Part shown: piece after piece, positions 1 to 10,121 of the stretch
Numbering within the stretch: position 1 is the first letter of the stretch
How the letters are laid out: every line of letters begins with the position of its first letter
NCBI GenBank assembly: GCA_965248925.1
Contig: CBDFLE010000005.1
Coordinates: 640,001 to 704,000 of the forward strand
Source of the DNA: Candidatus Multivoradales bacterium
GTDB taxonomy: Bacteria; Acidobacteriota; Thermoanaerobaculia; Multivoradales; J023
Direction of reading: 5' to 3'
Length of the DNA: 64,000 bases
Translations under genes and position numbers: made by a program
Notes under the pieces: model-generated
What the model saw: only the letters and a program-made list of their open reading frames with translations
The model's database searches: none
Told to the model about the DNA's origin: nothing

Positions 1-6
1 AGCACC

Positions 7-1884
7 ATGAAACCATCGTCCTTTGCCAGTTTCGATCCGCGGCAGCACGCCGCTCAGCTAGTGCCGCTGATCACCGAACTCGAGCAAGCCAAGAGCCTGG
101 AACGGCCACGCTACGACCGCATCCTACGGCGCTATCCAAGAGCGGGAAAGGGAGCTTTCTCCAAGAGCGAGATCATTCGCGGCGTTCGTCGGCTGGCGGC
201 CACGTTGGGTTGGGATGAGCCGCGGCAGGAAGAATTTGTCGAGCGTCTCAAACGCAAACCGGTGCGCACCCAGAGTGGGGTGGCGCCGGTCAGCGTGCTG
301 ACCCGCCCCCACCCCTGTCCTGGAAAGTGTATTTTCTGTCCCAGCGACGTGCGCATGCCGAAGAGCTATCTGTCGCGCGAGCCCGGCGCCCAACGGGCCG
401 CCCAGCATGACTTCGACCCTTATGGCCAGACCCTCGGCCGCTTGCTGGCCCTGCATCATCTCGGCCATCGGGTGGATAAGGTGGAGTTGATTGTGTTGGG
501 TGGCACCTGGTCGTTCTATCCCCTGGCCTACCAGATCGGCTTCATCAAACGTTGCCTGGAGGCGATGAACGACTTTGCTAGCCAGCGCGATCGGGCCGAC
601 GCCGGCTCGATTCGCGGTCGGCTGCGCTTTGCTGAATTGGTCGGCGACGTGGTCGGGCGCGAGGCCGGTAGAACCTACAATCAGCGGGTCAGCAGTTTTC
701 TCAGCGAGCAATTGGAAGGCCAGCTGCGCGACGGCCAACTGCTCGAGCCAAGCGAAGGGGCGGAGTGGGCGGAACTGGAGGAGGTGCAACGCCAAAACGA
801 GACGGCAGCGGTGCGTTGCGTCGGCATGGTGCTCGAGACCCGTCCCGATCACATTTCAGCGGCCGAGGTTGTTCACTTGCGTCGCTTGGGCTGCACCAAG
901 GTGCAAATTGGCTATCAGAGCTTGGCGGACGATGTGCTGCGGGCCAATCGGCGAGGTCACGATGTCGCCGCCACCCGCCGCGCCATGGGCTTGCTGCGTC
1001 GGGCTGGTTTCAAGATCCACGCTCATTGGATGGCCAACCTTCACGGCTCCGATCCGCGGCGTGATGTCGAGGATTTCAAGCGAATTTTCGCCGACCCCGA
1101 CTTTCGCCCCGACGAACTTAAAATCTACCCTTGCAGCCTGATCGAGAGCGCCGAATTGATGCGCTACTGGCAGCGCGGCGATTGGCGCCCCTACGACCGA
1201 GCGGAATTGCTCAAGGTGCTGACCCGCTGCATGCTGCTAGTGCCTCCTTGGTGCCGGGTTACGCGAGTTATTCGCGACATACCGGGAGACGACATCTGGG
1301 CCGGCAATAGGGTGACCAACTTCCGCCAAGTCCTCGAACAGGAGCTGGCGCGGCGTGGCTTGGCGAGCCGAGATATCCGCGCTCGGGAGATCGGCCGGCG
1401 GCAGCTCGGCGCGGAGCAGCCCCGGCTCGAAGTGCTGCGCTACGACACCAGCAACAGCCAGGAGATCTTCCTGCAAATGACCACCGCGGAGGGCTGGTTG
1501 TTGGGTTTTTGCCGCTTGGCGCTGCCCGGGGAAGGTTCCTTTATCGAGGAGATTCGGCACAGCGCCCTGTTGCGCGAGCTGCATGTCTATGGGGTGATGG
1601 TGGGACTCGGCGAGCAGCAAGGTGGCCGCGCCCAACACCTCGGCCTGGGCCGGCGCTTAGTCGCCAAGGCCCGCGAGCTAGCGGCGGCTGAGGGTTTCTT
1701 GGACCTGGCGGTGATCTCGAGTATTGGCACTCGCCCCTACTACCGCACTTTGGGCTTTGTCGACGGTGAGCTATATCAACATCTGGCTCTCGCTGAGAAG
1801 CGCCTGCTGCCGCAATGCGGCGTGATAGATTCATCGGACAACGGCACCGCTCGGGCTTCGCGGAGCGTACCGACGCTCGCTTGA
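7..1884 (+). CDS. elp3: tRNA uridine(34) acetyltransferase, Elp3 family (radical SAM + GNAT)
   Basis: KPVRTQSGVAPV, CPGKCIFC (CX3CX2C), MPKSY, ETRPD, KIYP, RVIRDIP, LRELHVYG, QHLGLG and VISSIGTRPYY are hallmark Elp3 motifs. Confidence 0.93.
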   Translation: MKPSSFASFDPRQHAAQLVPLITELEQAKSLERPRYDRILRRYPRAGKGAFSKSEIIRGVRRLAATLGWDEPRQEEFVERLKRKPVRTQSGVAPVSVLTRPHPCPGKCIFCPSDVRMPKSYLSREPGAQRAAQHDFDPYGQTLGRLLALHHLGHRVDKVELIVLGGTWSFYPLAYQIGFIKRCLEAMNDFASQRDRADAGSIRGRLRFAELVGDVVGREAGRTYNQRVSSFLSEQLEGQLRDGQLLEPSEGAEWAELEEVQRQNETAAVRCVGMVLETRPDHISAAEVVHLRRLGCTKVQIGYQSLADDVLRANRRGHDVAATRRAMGLLRRAGFKIHAHWMANLHGSDPRRDVEDFKRIFADPDFRPDELKIYPCSLIESAELMRYWQRGDWRPYDRAELLKVLTRCMLLVPPWCRVTRVIRDIPGDDIWAGNRVTNFRQVLEQELARRGLASRDIRAREIGRRQLGAEQPRLEVLRYDTSNSQEIFLQMTTAEGWLLGFCRLALPGEGSFIEEIRHSALLRELHVYGVMVGLGEQQGGRAQHLGLGRRLVAKARELAAAEGFLDLAVISSIGTRPYYRTLGFVDGELYQHLALAEKRLLPQCGVIDSSDNGTARASRSVPTLA

Positions 1885-1907
1885 CAAGGTCTTTGGAGGA
1901 GCAATCT

Positions 1908-3518
1908 TTGCGCAGAGTTGGCATCTTCGGCTGGGGTATCGTCGCCCCGCGTTCGCCCGATATTGACGCTTTCACCACCAATCTAGATTCGGCGGAGAGC
2001 TGGTTAGAGCCCTTCGATGGCTACGGTCCCGACAATTTCCTGGTCGGTAAACCAGCCTTCGATTTCGCGGTCTACCGACCTTGGATCCTGCAACGCTTCA
2101 AGCCCAACCGCTTTTCCCAACTGGAGAGCAAGATGGGCTTGCCGGTGCAATACGCCATCGGTACTTTCATCCAGGCTCTGGGACAGAATCCCGGCCTCGA
2201 AGACGAGCTTCGGCGGCTCGCATCACAAGTGCGAGTGTACGTCGGCACCGGCCTCGGCGATTTCGGCACCCAATACGAGCAATCGCTGGCTCTCTACCGC
2301 GCCCAACGTCGCTGGAATTGTTTCTGGGCTGATCCGAGTCGCTGCAGCGCTTTGCAGGAGTACGTCGGTGATCGGCGGTCGGTGGGGGATTTGCAGGTGC
2401 CGCCGTCGCCATCGGCGGTGTCCGCGGAGGATCGTATTGAGGCCGAGGACCAGTGGTGGGCCTTCTGGTCCGAGCGCTCCGACGGCCTTGGCCGCTATCT
2501 TGAGGAATACCGGGACATCGAATCGATCGCCGTCGAGGGTGATATCGAATCCGGCAAGCTGGCGGCGATCAAGGAAAAATCCCGCCGCCTGCGCAAACTG
2601 CAACAGCGTTGGGCCGCTCCCGAGCCACCGTGGCAGGCGGTGTCGCCGAACATCTTGTGGAATATTGACAACATTGCCGCCGCTCAGATTTCCATGTTGG
2701 GTGGTCTGACCGGTGCCGCGGTGGCGATTTCAGCCGCCTGCTCGACTTTTGGCGTCACCTTGAAATTCGGCCTCGATGCGATCCGCTCCGGCGAAGCCAA
2801 GGCGGTAGTGATTGGGGCCACCGATCCACCGCCTCACCCGCTGTCCGTCGCCGGTTTCTATCGCGCGCGAGTGATCTCCTCGGATGCCCGCCTGTCCAAA
2901 CCCCTGACCGAACTGCGCGGTACCCATGTCGCTGGCGGCGCCGCTTTGTGGATTCTCGGCGATTGGGAGCACATGACTGGCCTCGGTTTCACTCCTCTGG
3001 GGATGGAGCCGCTAGCGGTGGGAGTGACTTCCGACGCCGACCACATCATCACCCCGTCCCAGGAAGGGCCCATGGCGGCGATGCGCGAAGCTCTGGCGGG
3101 AGCCGATTTGCACGGCTCGCAATTGGTGTCGTGGGATCTGCACGCTACCGCCACCCCGGGGGACTTCAACGAAGTCGAGATGGTGCGTCAGCTGATGAGC
3201 GAGAATGTGCTGGTGACCGCCCGCAAGGGCACCTTCGGCCACGGCATGGCAGCCGGGGGAGGTTGGGAACTGACCGCTCAATATCTGGGCCACGAACGTG
3301 GCCAGGTCTTTCCCACACCACTCGCCGCGGGCGAACTCAACGCCCAGATCGCTGAGGTCCATCGCCGCTTCACCTTCGACCGGGGTTGCCCGGCCCCGGC
3401 TGGTCCGGTGGGTAAGATGTCGATGGGAATCGGTGGCATCAACGCCTGCGTGATCTCCCGCCCGCACTCGGTCTTGGCCGAGGTGAGGGCGTTCGAAGCT
3501 GATGCTGAATCAGCCTGA
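1908..3518 (+). CDS. beta-ketoacyl synthase (FabF-like) with a Trp-rich internal insertion
   Basis: Catalytic Cys (SAACST), His (DLHATAT) and His (TFGHGM), plus GIGGIN. TTG start at 1908 follows GGAGGA; the ORF track begins at 1815. Confidence 0.8.
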   Translation: MRRVGIFGWGIVAPRSPDIDAFTTNLDSAESWLEPFDGYGPDNFLVGKPAFDFAVYRPWILQRFKPNRFSQLESKMGLPVQYAIGTFIQALGQNPGLEDELRRLASQVRVYVGTGLGDFGTQYEQSLALYRAQRRWNCFWADPSRCSALQEYVGDRRSVGDLQVPPSPSAVSAEDRIEAEDQWWAFWSERSDGLGRYLEEYRDIESIAVEGDIESGKLAAIKEKSRRLRKLQQRWAAPEPPWQAVSPNILWNIDNIAAAQISMLGGLTGAAVAISAACSTFGVTLKFGLDAIRSGEAKAVVIGATDPPPHPLSVAGFYRARVISSDARLSKPLTELRGTHVAGGAALWILGDWEHMTGLGFTPLGMEPLAVGVTSDADHIITPSQEGPMAAMREALAGADLHGSQLVSWDLHATATPGDFNEVEMVRQLMSENVLVTARKGTFGHGMAAGGGWELTAQYLGHERGQVFPTPLAAGELNAQIAEVHRRFTFDRGCPAPAGPVGKMSMGIGGINACVISRPHSVLAEVRAFEADAESA

Positions 3519-4980
3519 GCTGCGTTTCTCTGAACGCCAAGCGCAGCAGATCTGTTGGCTGCGGGCGGTAGAGGAAGCCGACCAGGACGGTTTGTTGATC
3601 CCCTTGAAGCTACGCTGGCAGGCTGCTGATGAGAGTCGCCCCGCGGTGATCGACGCTTCTGCCGCGAGTTGGCTAGCGCAGCGCGCAGGGCAGCTCCTCG
3701 ATCACCTTGGCCACACCCTGCCGGGGCAGCAGGCGACAATCGATTGGAGTCGTCCAGGTCGTGGCCTGGCGGCTCCGGTCTTGTTGGTCGCTCTGCTTCT
3801 CGGTGCTTCCAGTAATGCCTTGGGACCCAGTCGACAGGTCAATGTTCTGGCGCTGCCGCTGCTCGGTTTGATCACTTGGAATGTGCTGACGCTGATTCTG
3901 GGGGTGGCTGTTCGCTGGCTGCCACAAAGCCGTGGGGTTGGTTTGGCGGGCCGGCTGGCCAAGCAGTTGCAGCGCTTCGCCAGTCGTTGCCTGGCCCGTC
4001 TGCCGCTGCCAGCGGGCGCTGCTGGCAAAGACCGCAGCCAGCTCTGGCGCCACGCTCGGGCTGCATTCACTGTCAACTGGCTGCCCTTGCAGTTGCCTTT
4101 AGTGGTGATTCGCTGCCGGCGTCTACTGCATCTATCGGCGCTGGCCCTGGTGGCTGGTGCCGTGGCGGGGATGTACCTGCGGGGCATGGCCTTGGCCTAT
4201 CGACCCAGCTTTGAAAGCACCTTTCTCAGTGCCGCCACTGTCGACCGGGTGCTGGCGGTGATTCTGGCGCCGGCGGCAGCTCTTCTAGGGCGCCAAGTTC
4301 CTTCGGTGGCCGGCCTCGGTGGTACCCACCAACAGCTGGCCAATCAGTGGATTCACCTGTGGGCGCTGACCGCGGTGATCTTCGTTCTGGGGCCGCGCTT
4401 GCTCCTGGTGGGCGGCGACAGCCTGGCGCTGTGGCGGCGCAGTCGGGGTTTGCGACTGGTGCTGCCGCAGGCGTATTTGCAGCGGCTGCTGGGAGGTAGT
4501 AAGCGGAGTTTGATCGAGCTGCTGCCCTATAGCCATCAGCCCTCCTCCCAGGCTATTGAGCGGCTCACGCTACTGCTGATGGACCATGCTGGAGCGCGGG
4601 CTGAAATTCGCCTCGCAGCGTCCCTGGACTACGGCGCCGAGGCTCCGGCCGATGAACCGGGCGCGGCGCTGAGGGTGCTGTGGTTTAGTCTCGCCCAGAC
4701 TCCTGAAGTCGAAGTTCAGGGAGAACTCTTGCAGCAGCAGCGCCGTGCCGACGGTAGCCGGCAGCTGTTGCTGATAGTGGACGGCACGACCTATCGACAG
4801 CGCCTGGGTAGGGCCGCCACGGCGGGCCGCCGCTTACAAGAACGGCGGCGGGCTTGGGATCTGCTGGCGGCGGAGTACCAGCTCCAAGTCTTGCACCTGC
4901 AGCTCGATGAAGATCTCGGCGAGGCGCAGCTAGCGGCTTTGCGGCATTCGCTGTGGCCCGCCGCCGAGAGTACGCCCTGA
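3502..4980 (+). CDS. DUF2868-like membrane protein
   Basis: Several TM segments and a YRPSFESTFL motif; directly upstream of a DUF3482-type GTPase, its usual partner. Confidence 0.7.
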   Translation: MLNQPELRFSERQAQQICWLRAVEEADQDGLLIPLKLRWQAADESRPAVIDASAASWLAQRAGQLLDHLGHTLPGQQATIDWSRPGRGLAAPVLLVALLLGASSNALGPSRQVNVLALPLLGLITWNVLTLILGVAVRWLPQSRGVGLAGRLAKQLQRFASRCLARLPLPAGAAGKDRSQLWRHARAAFTVNWLPLQLPLVVIRCRRLLHLSALALVAGAVAGMYLRGMALAYRPSFESTFLSAATVDRVLAVILAPAAALLGRQVPSVAGLGGTHQQLANQWIHLWALTAVIFVLGPRLLLVGGDSLALWRRSRGLRLVLPQAYLQRLLGGSKRSLIELLPYSHQPSSQAIERLTLLLMDHAGARAEIRLAASLDYGAEAPADEPGAALRVLWFSLAQTPEVEVQGELLQQQRRADGSRQLLLIVDGTTYRQRLGRAATAGRRLQERRRAWDLLAAEYQLQVLHLQLDEDLGEAQLAALRHSLWPAAESTP

Positions 4981-4993
4981 GGCAGGAGCGACG

Positions 4994-6523
4994 ATGCAGC
5001 CAACCCAGCAACAGCGTGAGTCCAGCGAGCACTTACCGACGGTGACTCTCAGTCTGATTTCCCACACCAATGTTGGCAAGACCACACTTGTGCGTACTCT
5101 GCTGCGCCGCGATGTCGGTCAGGTGCTGGACCGAGCCCACGTCACTGAGGTCAGCGAAGTCTATGAGTTGGCGCGCTGCGACAGCGGCGTGCTGCGCCTC
5201 TGGGACACCCCCGGCTTTGGCGACTCGGTGCGTCTCCTGCGGCGTTTACAGCGCCATGATCGCCCGCTGATGTGGTTTGTGCAGCAACTGTGGGACCGGA
5301 TCACCGATCGACCCCTGTGGTGCGGTCAACAGGCGGTGTTGAACGTCCGGGACGAGGCCGATTTGGTACTCTACTTGGTTAACGCCGCGGAAGAGCCGCA
5401 GGCAGCTGGCTACGTCGCGCCCGAGCTCGATCTGCTGTCTTGGATGGATCGACCAGTGGTGTTGGTGCTCAACCAAGTAGGAGAAGCGGAGCTGAGCAGC
5501 GAGCTGCGGCGCCAACGGCTGGAGAGCTGGCGGCGGCACGTCGCCCGCTGGCCGATGGTGCGCGAGGTGGTCGAACTCGATGCCTTCAGTCGCTGCTGGG
5601 TGCAAGAGAATCTCTTGTTCGATCGCTTGCAGCCGCACCTGGGGGCAGCCAAGCAAGAGCTGTTCGGCGAGCTGTCGGCGTTGTGGCTGCGGCGCAATCT
5701 GGCGGTGTTCGAGCAAGCGGTCCGAGCCGTGGCCGAATATCTGGCGCTCACCGCCGAGGATTGCGAGTCTTTGCCTCCAGGCTCGACCGGCTTGAAGCGC
5801 ATCTTCAGCGATGGCGAAGCAATGGCGGAAGACAAGCAGCGAGCGATCGAAAGCCTCGGCCAAAGACTGGTGACGCGCACCAGTCAGCTAATGCAGGAGC
5901 TGCTCGACGCCCATCAGCTGGAGGGTGAGGCGGCGATGGAGATCGAGAGCCAACTGGGTGCCTTCTCTGTTGCTGGCGAAGAGGGGCTCGACACCGAACG
6001 CGGCGCATTCTTGGGAGGTGTGCTCAGCGGTGCCCTCGGTGGCCTGGCAGCCGATTTGCTGGCTGGCGGACTCACTTTTGGTGGCGGAGTGCTCGCCGGG
6101 GCTATCCTGGGTGCCCTCGGCGGCGCCGGCTTGAGCCGTGGCTATCGCCTGGTCAAAGGAACCGGTCCGCCGGTGATCGGTTGGTCAGCGGCATTTCTCG
6201 AACGCCTGGTCGCCCAAGCGCTGGTGCGCTACCTGGCGGTGGCGCATTTTGGCCGTGGCCGGGGAGAGTTCGAGGCCCTCGAAGAGCCGCAGCGCTGGGG
6301 CGTCGCGGTGGCGGCGGCGATCACCATCCACGATGCCGAATGGCAAGCCCTGTGGCAGCGCTTCGGCGAGCGAAAAACCAAGCACCCGGAGCCAGTGGCG
6401 CGCTTGCAGTCTCTGCTCGATGCCACCGCGCGGCAGATTCTCGCCACCGGCTATCCTGAGGCGGCGGCCTGGCTCGGCATCGCCGCCGCTGGTTCGGCCC
6501 CAAGCGGCTCCGGCGAAGGTTAG
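4994..6523 (+). CDS. GTPase domain / DUF3482 family protein
   Basis: SHTNVGKTT (G1), DTPG (G3), LNQ (G4-like), Gly-rich hydrophobic hairpin and HFGRGRG. Confidence 0.8.
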   Translation: MQPTQQQRESSEHLPTVTLSLISHTNVGKTTLVRTLLRRDVGQVLDRAHVTEVSEVYELARCDSGVLRLWDTPGFGDSVRLLRRLQRHDRPLMWFVQQLWDRITDRPLWCGQQAVLNVRDEADLVLYLVNAAEEPQAAGYVAPELDLLSWMDRPVVLVLNQVGEAELSSELRRQRLESWRRHVARWPMVREVVELDAFSRCWVQENLLFDRLQPHLGAAKQELFGELSALWLRRNLAVFEQAVRAVAEYLALTAEDCESLPPGSTGLKRIFSDGEAMAEDKQRAIESLGQRLVTRTSQLMQELLDAHQLEGEAAMEIESQLGAFSVAGEEGLDTERGAFLGGVLSGALGGLAADLLAGGLTFGGGVLAGAILGALGGAGLSRGYRLVKGTGPPVIGWSAAFLERLVAQALVRYLAVAHFGRGRGEFEALEEPQRWGVAVAAAITIHDAEWQALWQRFGERKTKHPEPVARLQSLLDATARQILATGYPEAAAWLGIAAAGSAPSGSGEG

Positions 6524-6524
6524 G

Positions 6525-7793
6525 ATGCTGCCGATGCAAGTCTTTTTCACCAACCTGGGTTGCAAGCTCAATCAAGCCGAAGTCGACAAGATGGCGCGGC
6601 GCTTTGTCGCCGCCGGCCACCGCTTGGCGCCCCGTTTAGAGGAGGCGGAGCTGCATGTGGTCAATTCTTGCTCCGTCACCCACTTGGCGGCTCGCGACTC
6701 GCGCAAGCTGGCTCGCCGAGGCGGCCGCTTGGTGGCCGGTTTGCGGACCGTTCTGACCGGCTGTTACGCCACCGGCGCCGCGGACGAAGCCGCTGCTTTG
6801 GTAGGAGTAGATCTGGTGGTGACCAATGAACAGAAAGAGCAGCTGTTGGAGAGAGTTCACGCGGCCTTTCCAGAGATCGTACCGCCGGCGCGAGAGGCGT
6901 TGCCAGTGCCCTATGTGCCGCTGGATTTTGCTCATGCCCGGGCGCTGGTCAAAGTCGAGGACGGCTGCAATATGCGCTGTTCCTTCTGCATCATCCCCTT
7001 CCTGCGGGGGCGCCAGCGTAGCCGGCCTTTGGCCGAGATCGTCGACGAGGTGCAGGCGCTCAGCGCCGGGGGCTATGCTGAAGTGGTGATTACCGGGGTG
7101 CAGATCTCCGAGTATGACGACCAAGGCCGGCGACTCTATGATCTGACCCGCGCCCTGCTCGCCCAGCCGGCCGGCGCGCGGTTGCGGCTGACCTCGCTTG
7201 CGCCGTGGAAGTTTGACCACCGGCTGCTGGCGCTGTGGGCCGATCGGCGCCTCTGCCGGCACTTCCACATATCGCTGCAAAGTGGCTCGAGCCGGACCTT
7301 GCGGCGTATGCGTCGCCCCTATTCGGCTGCCCAGTATGCAGAGTTGGTGGAACGCATTCGGGAGCAGATTCCAGGGGTAGCGATCACCACCGATGTGATC
7401 GTCGGCTTTCCGGGCGAAAGCGACGAAGAGTTCGCCGACAGCCTGGCCTTTGTTGGACGCATGGGCTTTGCCAGGCCCCATCTTTTCACCTATTCCGAAC
7501 GCCCAGGTACCGCCGCCGCCGAGCTTCCTGATGCCCTACCCCCGGCCATCAAGAAAGAGCGCATGGCGGCGTTCAGACAAGTAGCCCTGCGATCGGATTT
7601 AGCTTTTCGCCAGAGCCAGCTCGGCGCCACCCTGGGGGTGGTCTGGGAGGAGCGGCGCGCTGGGCGGTGGAGCGGTCTGAGCGACAACTACTTGCGGCTA
7701 TTCGCCGAGTCGACCGCAGATCTCAGCGGGCGCCAGGGACGGGCGCGGCTGCTCGAGATCGAGGGTCCGGGCGTCACTGCCGAGATCGTATAG
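6525..7793 (+). CDS. mtaB: tRNA N6-threonylcarbamoyladenosine(37) methylthiotransferase MtaB
   Basis: LGCKLNQAE, NSCSVT, TGCY, KVEDGCNMRCSFC, TTDVIVGFPGE, YSERPGT and GLSDNY; start 6525 or 6534. Confidence 0.9.
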   Translation: MLPMQVFFTNLGCKLNQAEVDKMARRFVAAGHRLAPRLEEAELHVVNSCSVTHLAARDSRKLARRGGRLVAGLRTVLTGCYATGAADEAAALVGVDLVVTNEQKEQLLERVHAAFPEIVPPAREALPVPYVPLDFAHARALVKVEDGCNMRCSFCIIPFLRGRQRSRPLAEIVDEVQALSAGGYAEVVITGVQISEYDDQGRRLYDLTRALLAQPAGARLRLTSLAPWKFDHRLLALWADRRLCRHFHISLQSGSSRTLRRMRRPYSAAQYAELVERIREQIPGVAITTDVIVGFPGESDEEFADSLAFVGRMGFARPHLFTYSERPGTAAAELPDALPPAIKKERMAAFRQVALRSDLAFRQSQLGATLGVVWEERRAGRWSGLSDNYLRLFAESTADLSGRQGRARLLEIEGPGVTAEIV

Positions 7794-7802
7794 TCTGCGC
7801 CC

Positions 7803-8213
7803 ATGCCGCCCTCTACAGATCACTTACAACCCGCGACCCATCTCAGAATCGATCCACGGTTCTCTGGACGGCTGGTGAAGTTGGGTCCCGGCGAGGCCGA
7901 AGTGGCTCTTGAGACGGTGCCGGAAATGCTCGCCGACGACCAGGGCCTGGTGCATGGCGGCTTCATTTTTTGCCTGGCAGACTACGCCGCGATGCTGGCG
8001 ATTAACCAAGCGAATGTGGTGCTTGGCCAGGTAGAGATGCGATTCTTGCGGCCGGTGAGAGTGGGGGAAACGGTGCTGGCGAAAGCCGTTCTGGCGGGTC
8101 GGGAAGGTAAGAAGATGAGGGTCGAGGTCACCGTCTTGCGGGGTGAAGAGGAGGTAGCGGCGGGGCAGCTAACCTGTTTTGTCCCTGGCCGGCATGTCTT
8201 GGCAAAAAACTGA
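7803..8213 (+). CDS. PaaI-type hotdog-fold thioesterase
   Basis: GLVHGGFIFCLADYAAM and FLRPVRVG motifs. Confidence 0.85.
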   Translation: MPPSTDHLQPATHLRIDPRFSGRLVKLGPGEAEVALETVPEMLADDQGLVHGGFIFCLADYAAMLAINQANVVLGQVEMRFLRPVRVGETVLAKAVLAGREGKKMRVEVTVLRGEEEVAAGQLTCFVPGRHVLAKN

Positions 8214-8238
8214 TCACTGTTGCTGGAGAAGCTAGAGC

Positions 8239-9990
8239 ATGAGTCAACCATTGAGCGGCGGCGATCTGCTGGCTGAAGTCTTGGTGCAACAAGGTGTCGA
8301 GCTGCTCTTCACCCTCTGCGGTGGGCATATTTCACCTATTTTGGTTAGCGCCAAGCAGCGTGGTATTCGCATCATCGACGTGCGCGATGAAGCCTCAGCG
8401 GCGTTTGCCGCCGATGCCGTTTCGCGCCTGACCGGCGCTGTCGGGGTGGCGGCGGTCACCGCTGGGCCGGGGGTCACCAACACCCTGACGGCGGTCAAGA
8501 ACGCGCAGTTGGCACAGTCGCCGATGGTGCTCCTGGGCGGCGCTACGGCCACCATCCTCAAAGGGCGCGGAGCGTTGCAAGATATCGATCAGATGGCCTT
8601 GATCAAACCGCACGTCAAATGGGCGACGGCGGTGACTCGGGTCAACCAGCTAGTGCCAGCTCTCGAGCGGGCTTTCCTCGAGGCACGGCGTGGCGTGCCG
8701 GGGCCGGTGTTCGTCGAGGTGCCGGTCGATTTGCTCTACCAACAAGACGTGGTGCGGCAGATTTATGGTGTCGGTCCGCAGGCGGCGGCGCCCAAGAGTC
8801 GCAGCGAGTCGATGTTGCGTTGGTATTTGACCCGGCATCTGCGCAAGATCTTCGGCGGCGCCGAAGACAATCGGGCCAGCGAACCGCAGGCAGTGCAGTC
8901 GCCACGGGCCACCGAGGGTCAACTGCGGCACATCGCCGACGCCATCGCCAAGGCCCAGCAGCCGGTTATTTTGGTGGGCAGCCAGGCGGTAGCCGCGGCC
9001 TCGAGAGTCGAAGAAGTGGCGGCCGCCCTCGCGGCGTTGGAGATTCCCTGTTTCCTGAGCGGCATGGCCCGAGGTCTGCTGGGGGCTGGCCATCGCCTAC
9101 ACCTACGCCATCAACGACGAGCGGCGCTGCAGGAGGCCGACCTCATCTTGCTGCTGGGCGTCCCCTGCGACTTCCGCCTCGACTATGGCCGTAGCCTGTC
9201 GCGGCGGGCCAAGCTGGTGTCGATCAACCTCAGCGCTGAAGACTTGAAGAAAAACCGCAAACCTCAAATCGGCGTGCTCGCCGAGCCCGGAGACTCGATC
9301 ATTCGCCTGGCCGCAGTGGTCGAGTCTGGTGCCGAGCGCTGGGCGTCGTGGTTGGCGTCGCTGCGGCAGCGCGACCTGGAGCGTGAAGCCGACATTGATC
9401 GGCGGGCGGCGGTGGCGGCTGGCGGTGGCATTAACCCCCTACGCCTGTTTCGTCAGCTCGATGCGGTGCTGGAAGACGATAGCGTGCTGGTGGCGGACGG
9501 CGGCGATTTCGTCGCCACGGCTTCCTACACCTTGCGTCCGCGGGGCCCCTTGCGGTGGCTCGATCCGGGGGTTTTTGGTACCCTGGGGGTAGGCGGTGGC
9601 TTCGCGCTGGGGGCCAAGCTGACCCGCCCCGAGGCCGAGGTATGGCTGCTTTGGGGGGATGGATCCTCAGCCTACACGTTGGCTGAATTTGACACTTACG
9701 TGCGCCATCAGGTGCCGGTGATTGCGGTGGTGGGCAACGACGCTAGTTGGATGCAGATCGCCCGTGAACAAGTCGAGGTGTTAGGGGATTCCTGCGCCAC
9801 CGATCTACGCCACACCGACTATCACCGGGTGGCCGAAGGTTATGGCGGCAAAGGGCTGCTGCTCGACCGCGAAGAGGATATTCCGCGAGTGCTCGCCGAA
9901 GCCAAGGCCGCGGCGCGTCAGGGCATACCTGTGTTGGTGAACGTGATTCTCGGCAAGACAGATTTCCGCAAGGGCTCGATCTCGATGTAG
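8239..9990 (+). CDS. thiamine pyrophosphate enzyme (acetolactate synthase-like / ILVBL-HACL type)
   Basis: [32 protein letters not shown] and the GDGS...GND TPP-binding motif. Confidence 0.9.
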   Translation: MSQPLSGGDLLAEVLVQQGVELLFTLCGGHISPILVSAKQRGIRIIDVRDEASAAFAADAVSRLTGAVGVAAVTAGPGVTNTLTAVKNAQLAQSPMVLLGGATATILKGRGALQDIDQMALIKPHVKWATAVTRVNQLVPALERAFLEARRGVPGPVFVEVPVDLLYQQDVVRQIYGVGPQAAAPKSRSESMLRWYLTRHLRKIFGGAEDNRASEPQAVQSPRATEGQLRHIADAIAKAQQPVILVGSQAVAAASRVEEVAAALAALEIPCFLSGMARGLLGAGHRLHLRHQRRAALQEADLILLLGVPCDFRLDYGRSLSRRAKLVSINLSAEDLKKNRKPQIGVLAEPGDSIIRLAAVVESGAERWASWLASLRQRDLEREADIDRRAAVAAGGGINPLRLFRQLDAVLEDDSVLVADGGDFVATASYTLRPRGPLRWLDPGVFGTLGVGGGFALGAKLTRPEAEVWLLWGDGSSAYTLAEFDTYVRHQVPVIAVVGNDASWMQIAREQVEVLGDSCATDLRHTDYHRVAEGYGGKGLLLDREEDIPRVLAEAKAAARQGIPVLVNVILGKTDFRKGSISM

Positions 9991-10121
9991 GAGTGAGTCG
10001 CACGGCGCCTCCCTGTGCATGTTTCTTGCACCAAGTAGCGCCGGGATCGAGTGAAAACTTCCTGCCGCCATAGAGCTTTCCTGCTGTCTGGCCGGCAACT
10101 GGTCAAAAAGGACCCAACTAC

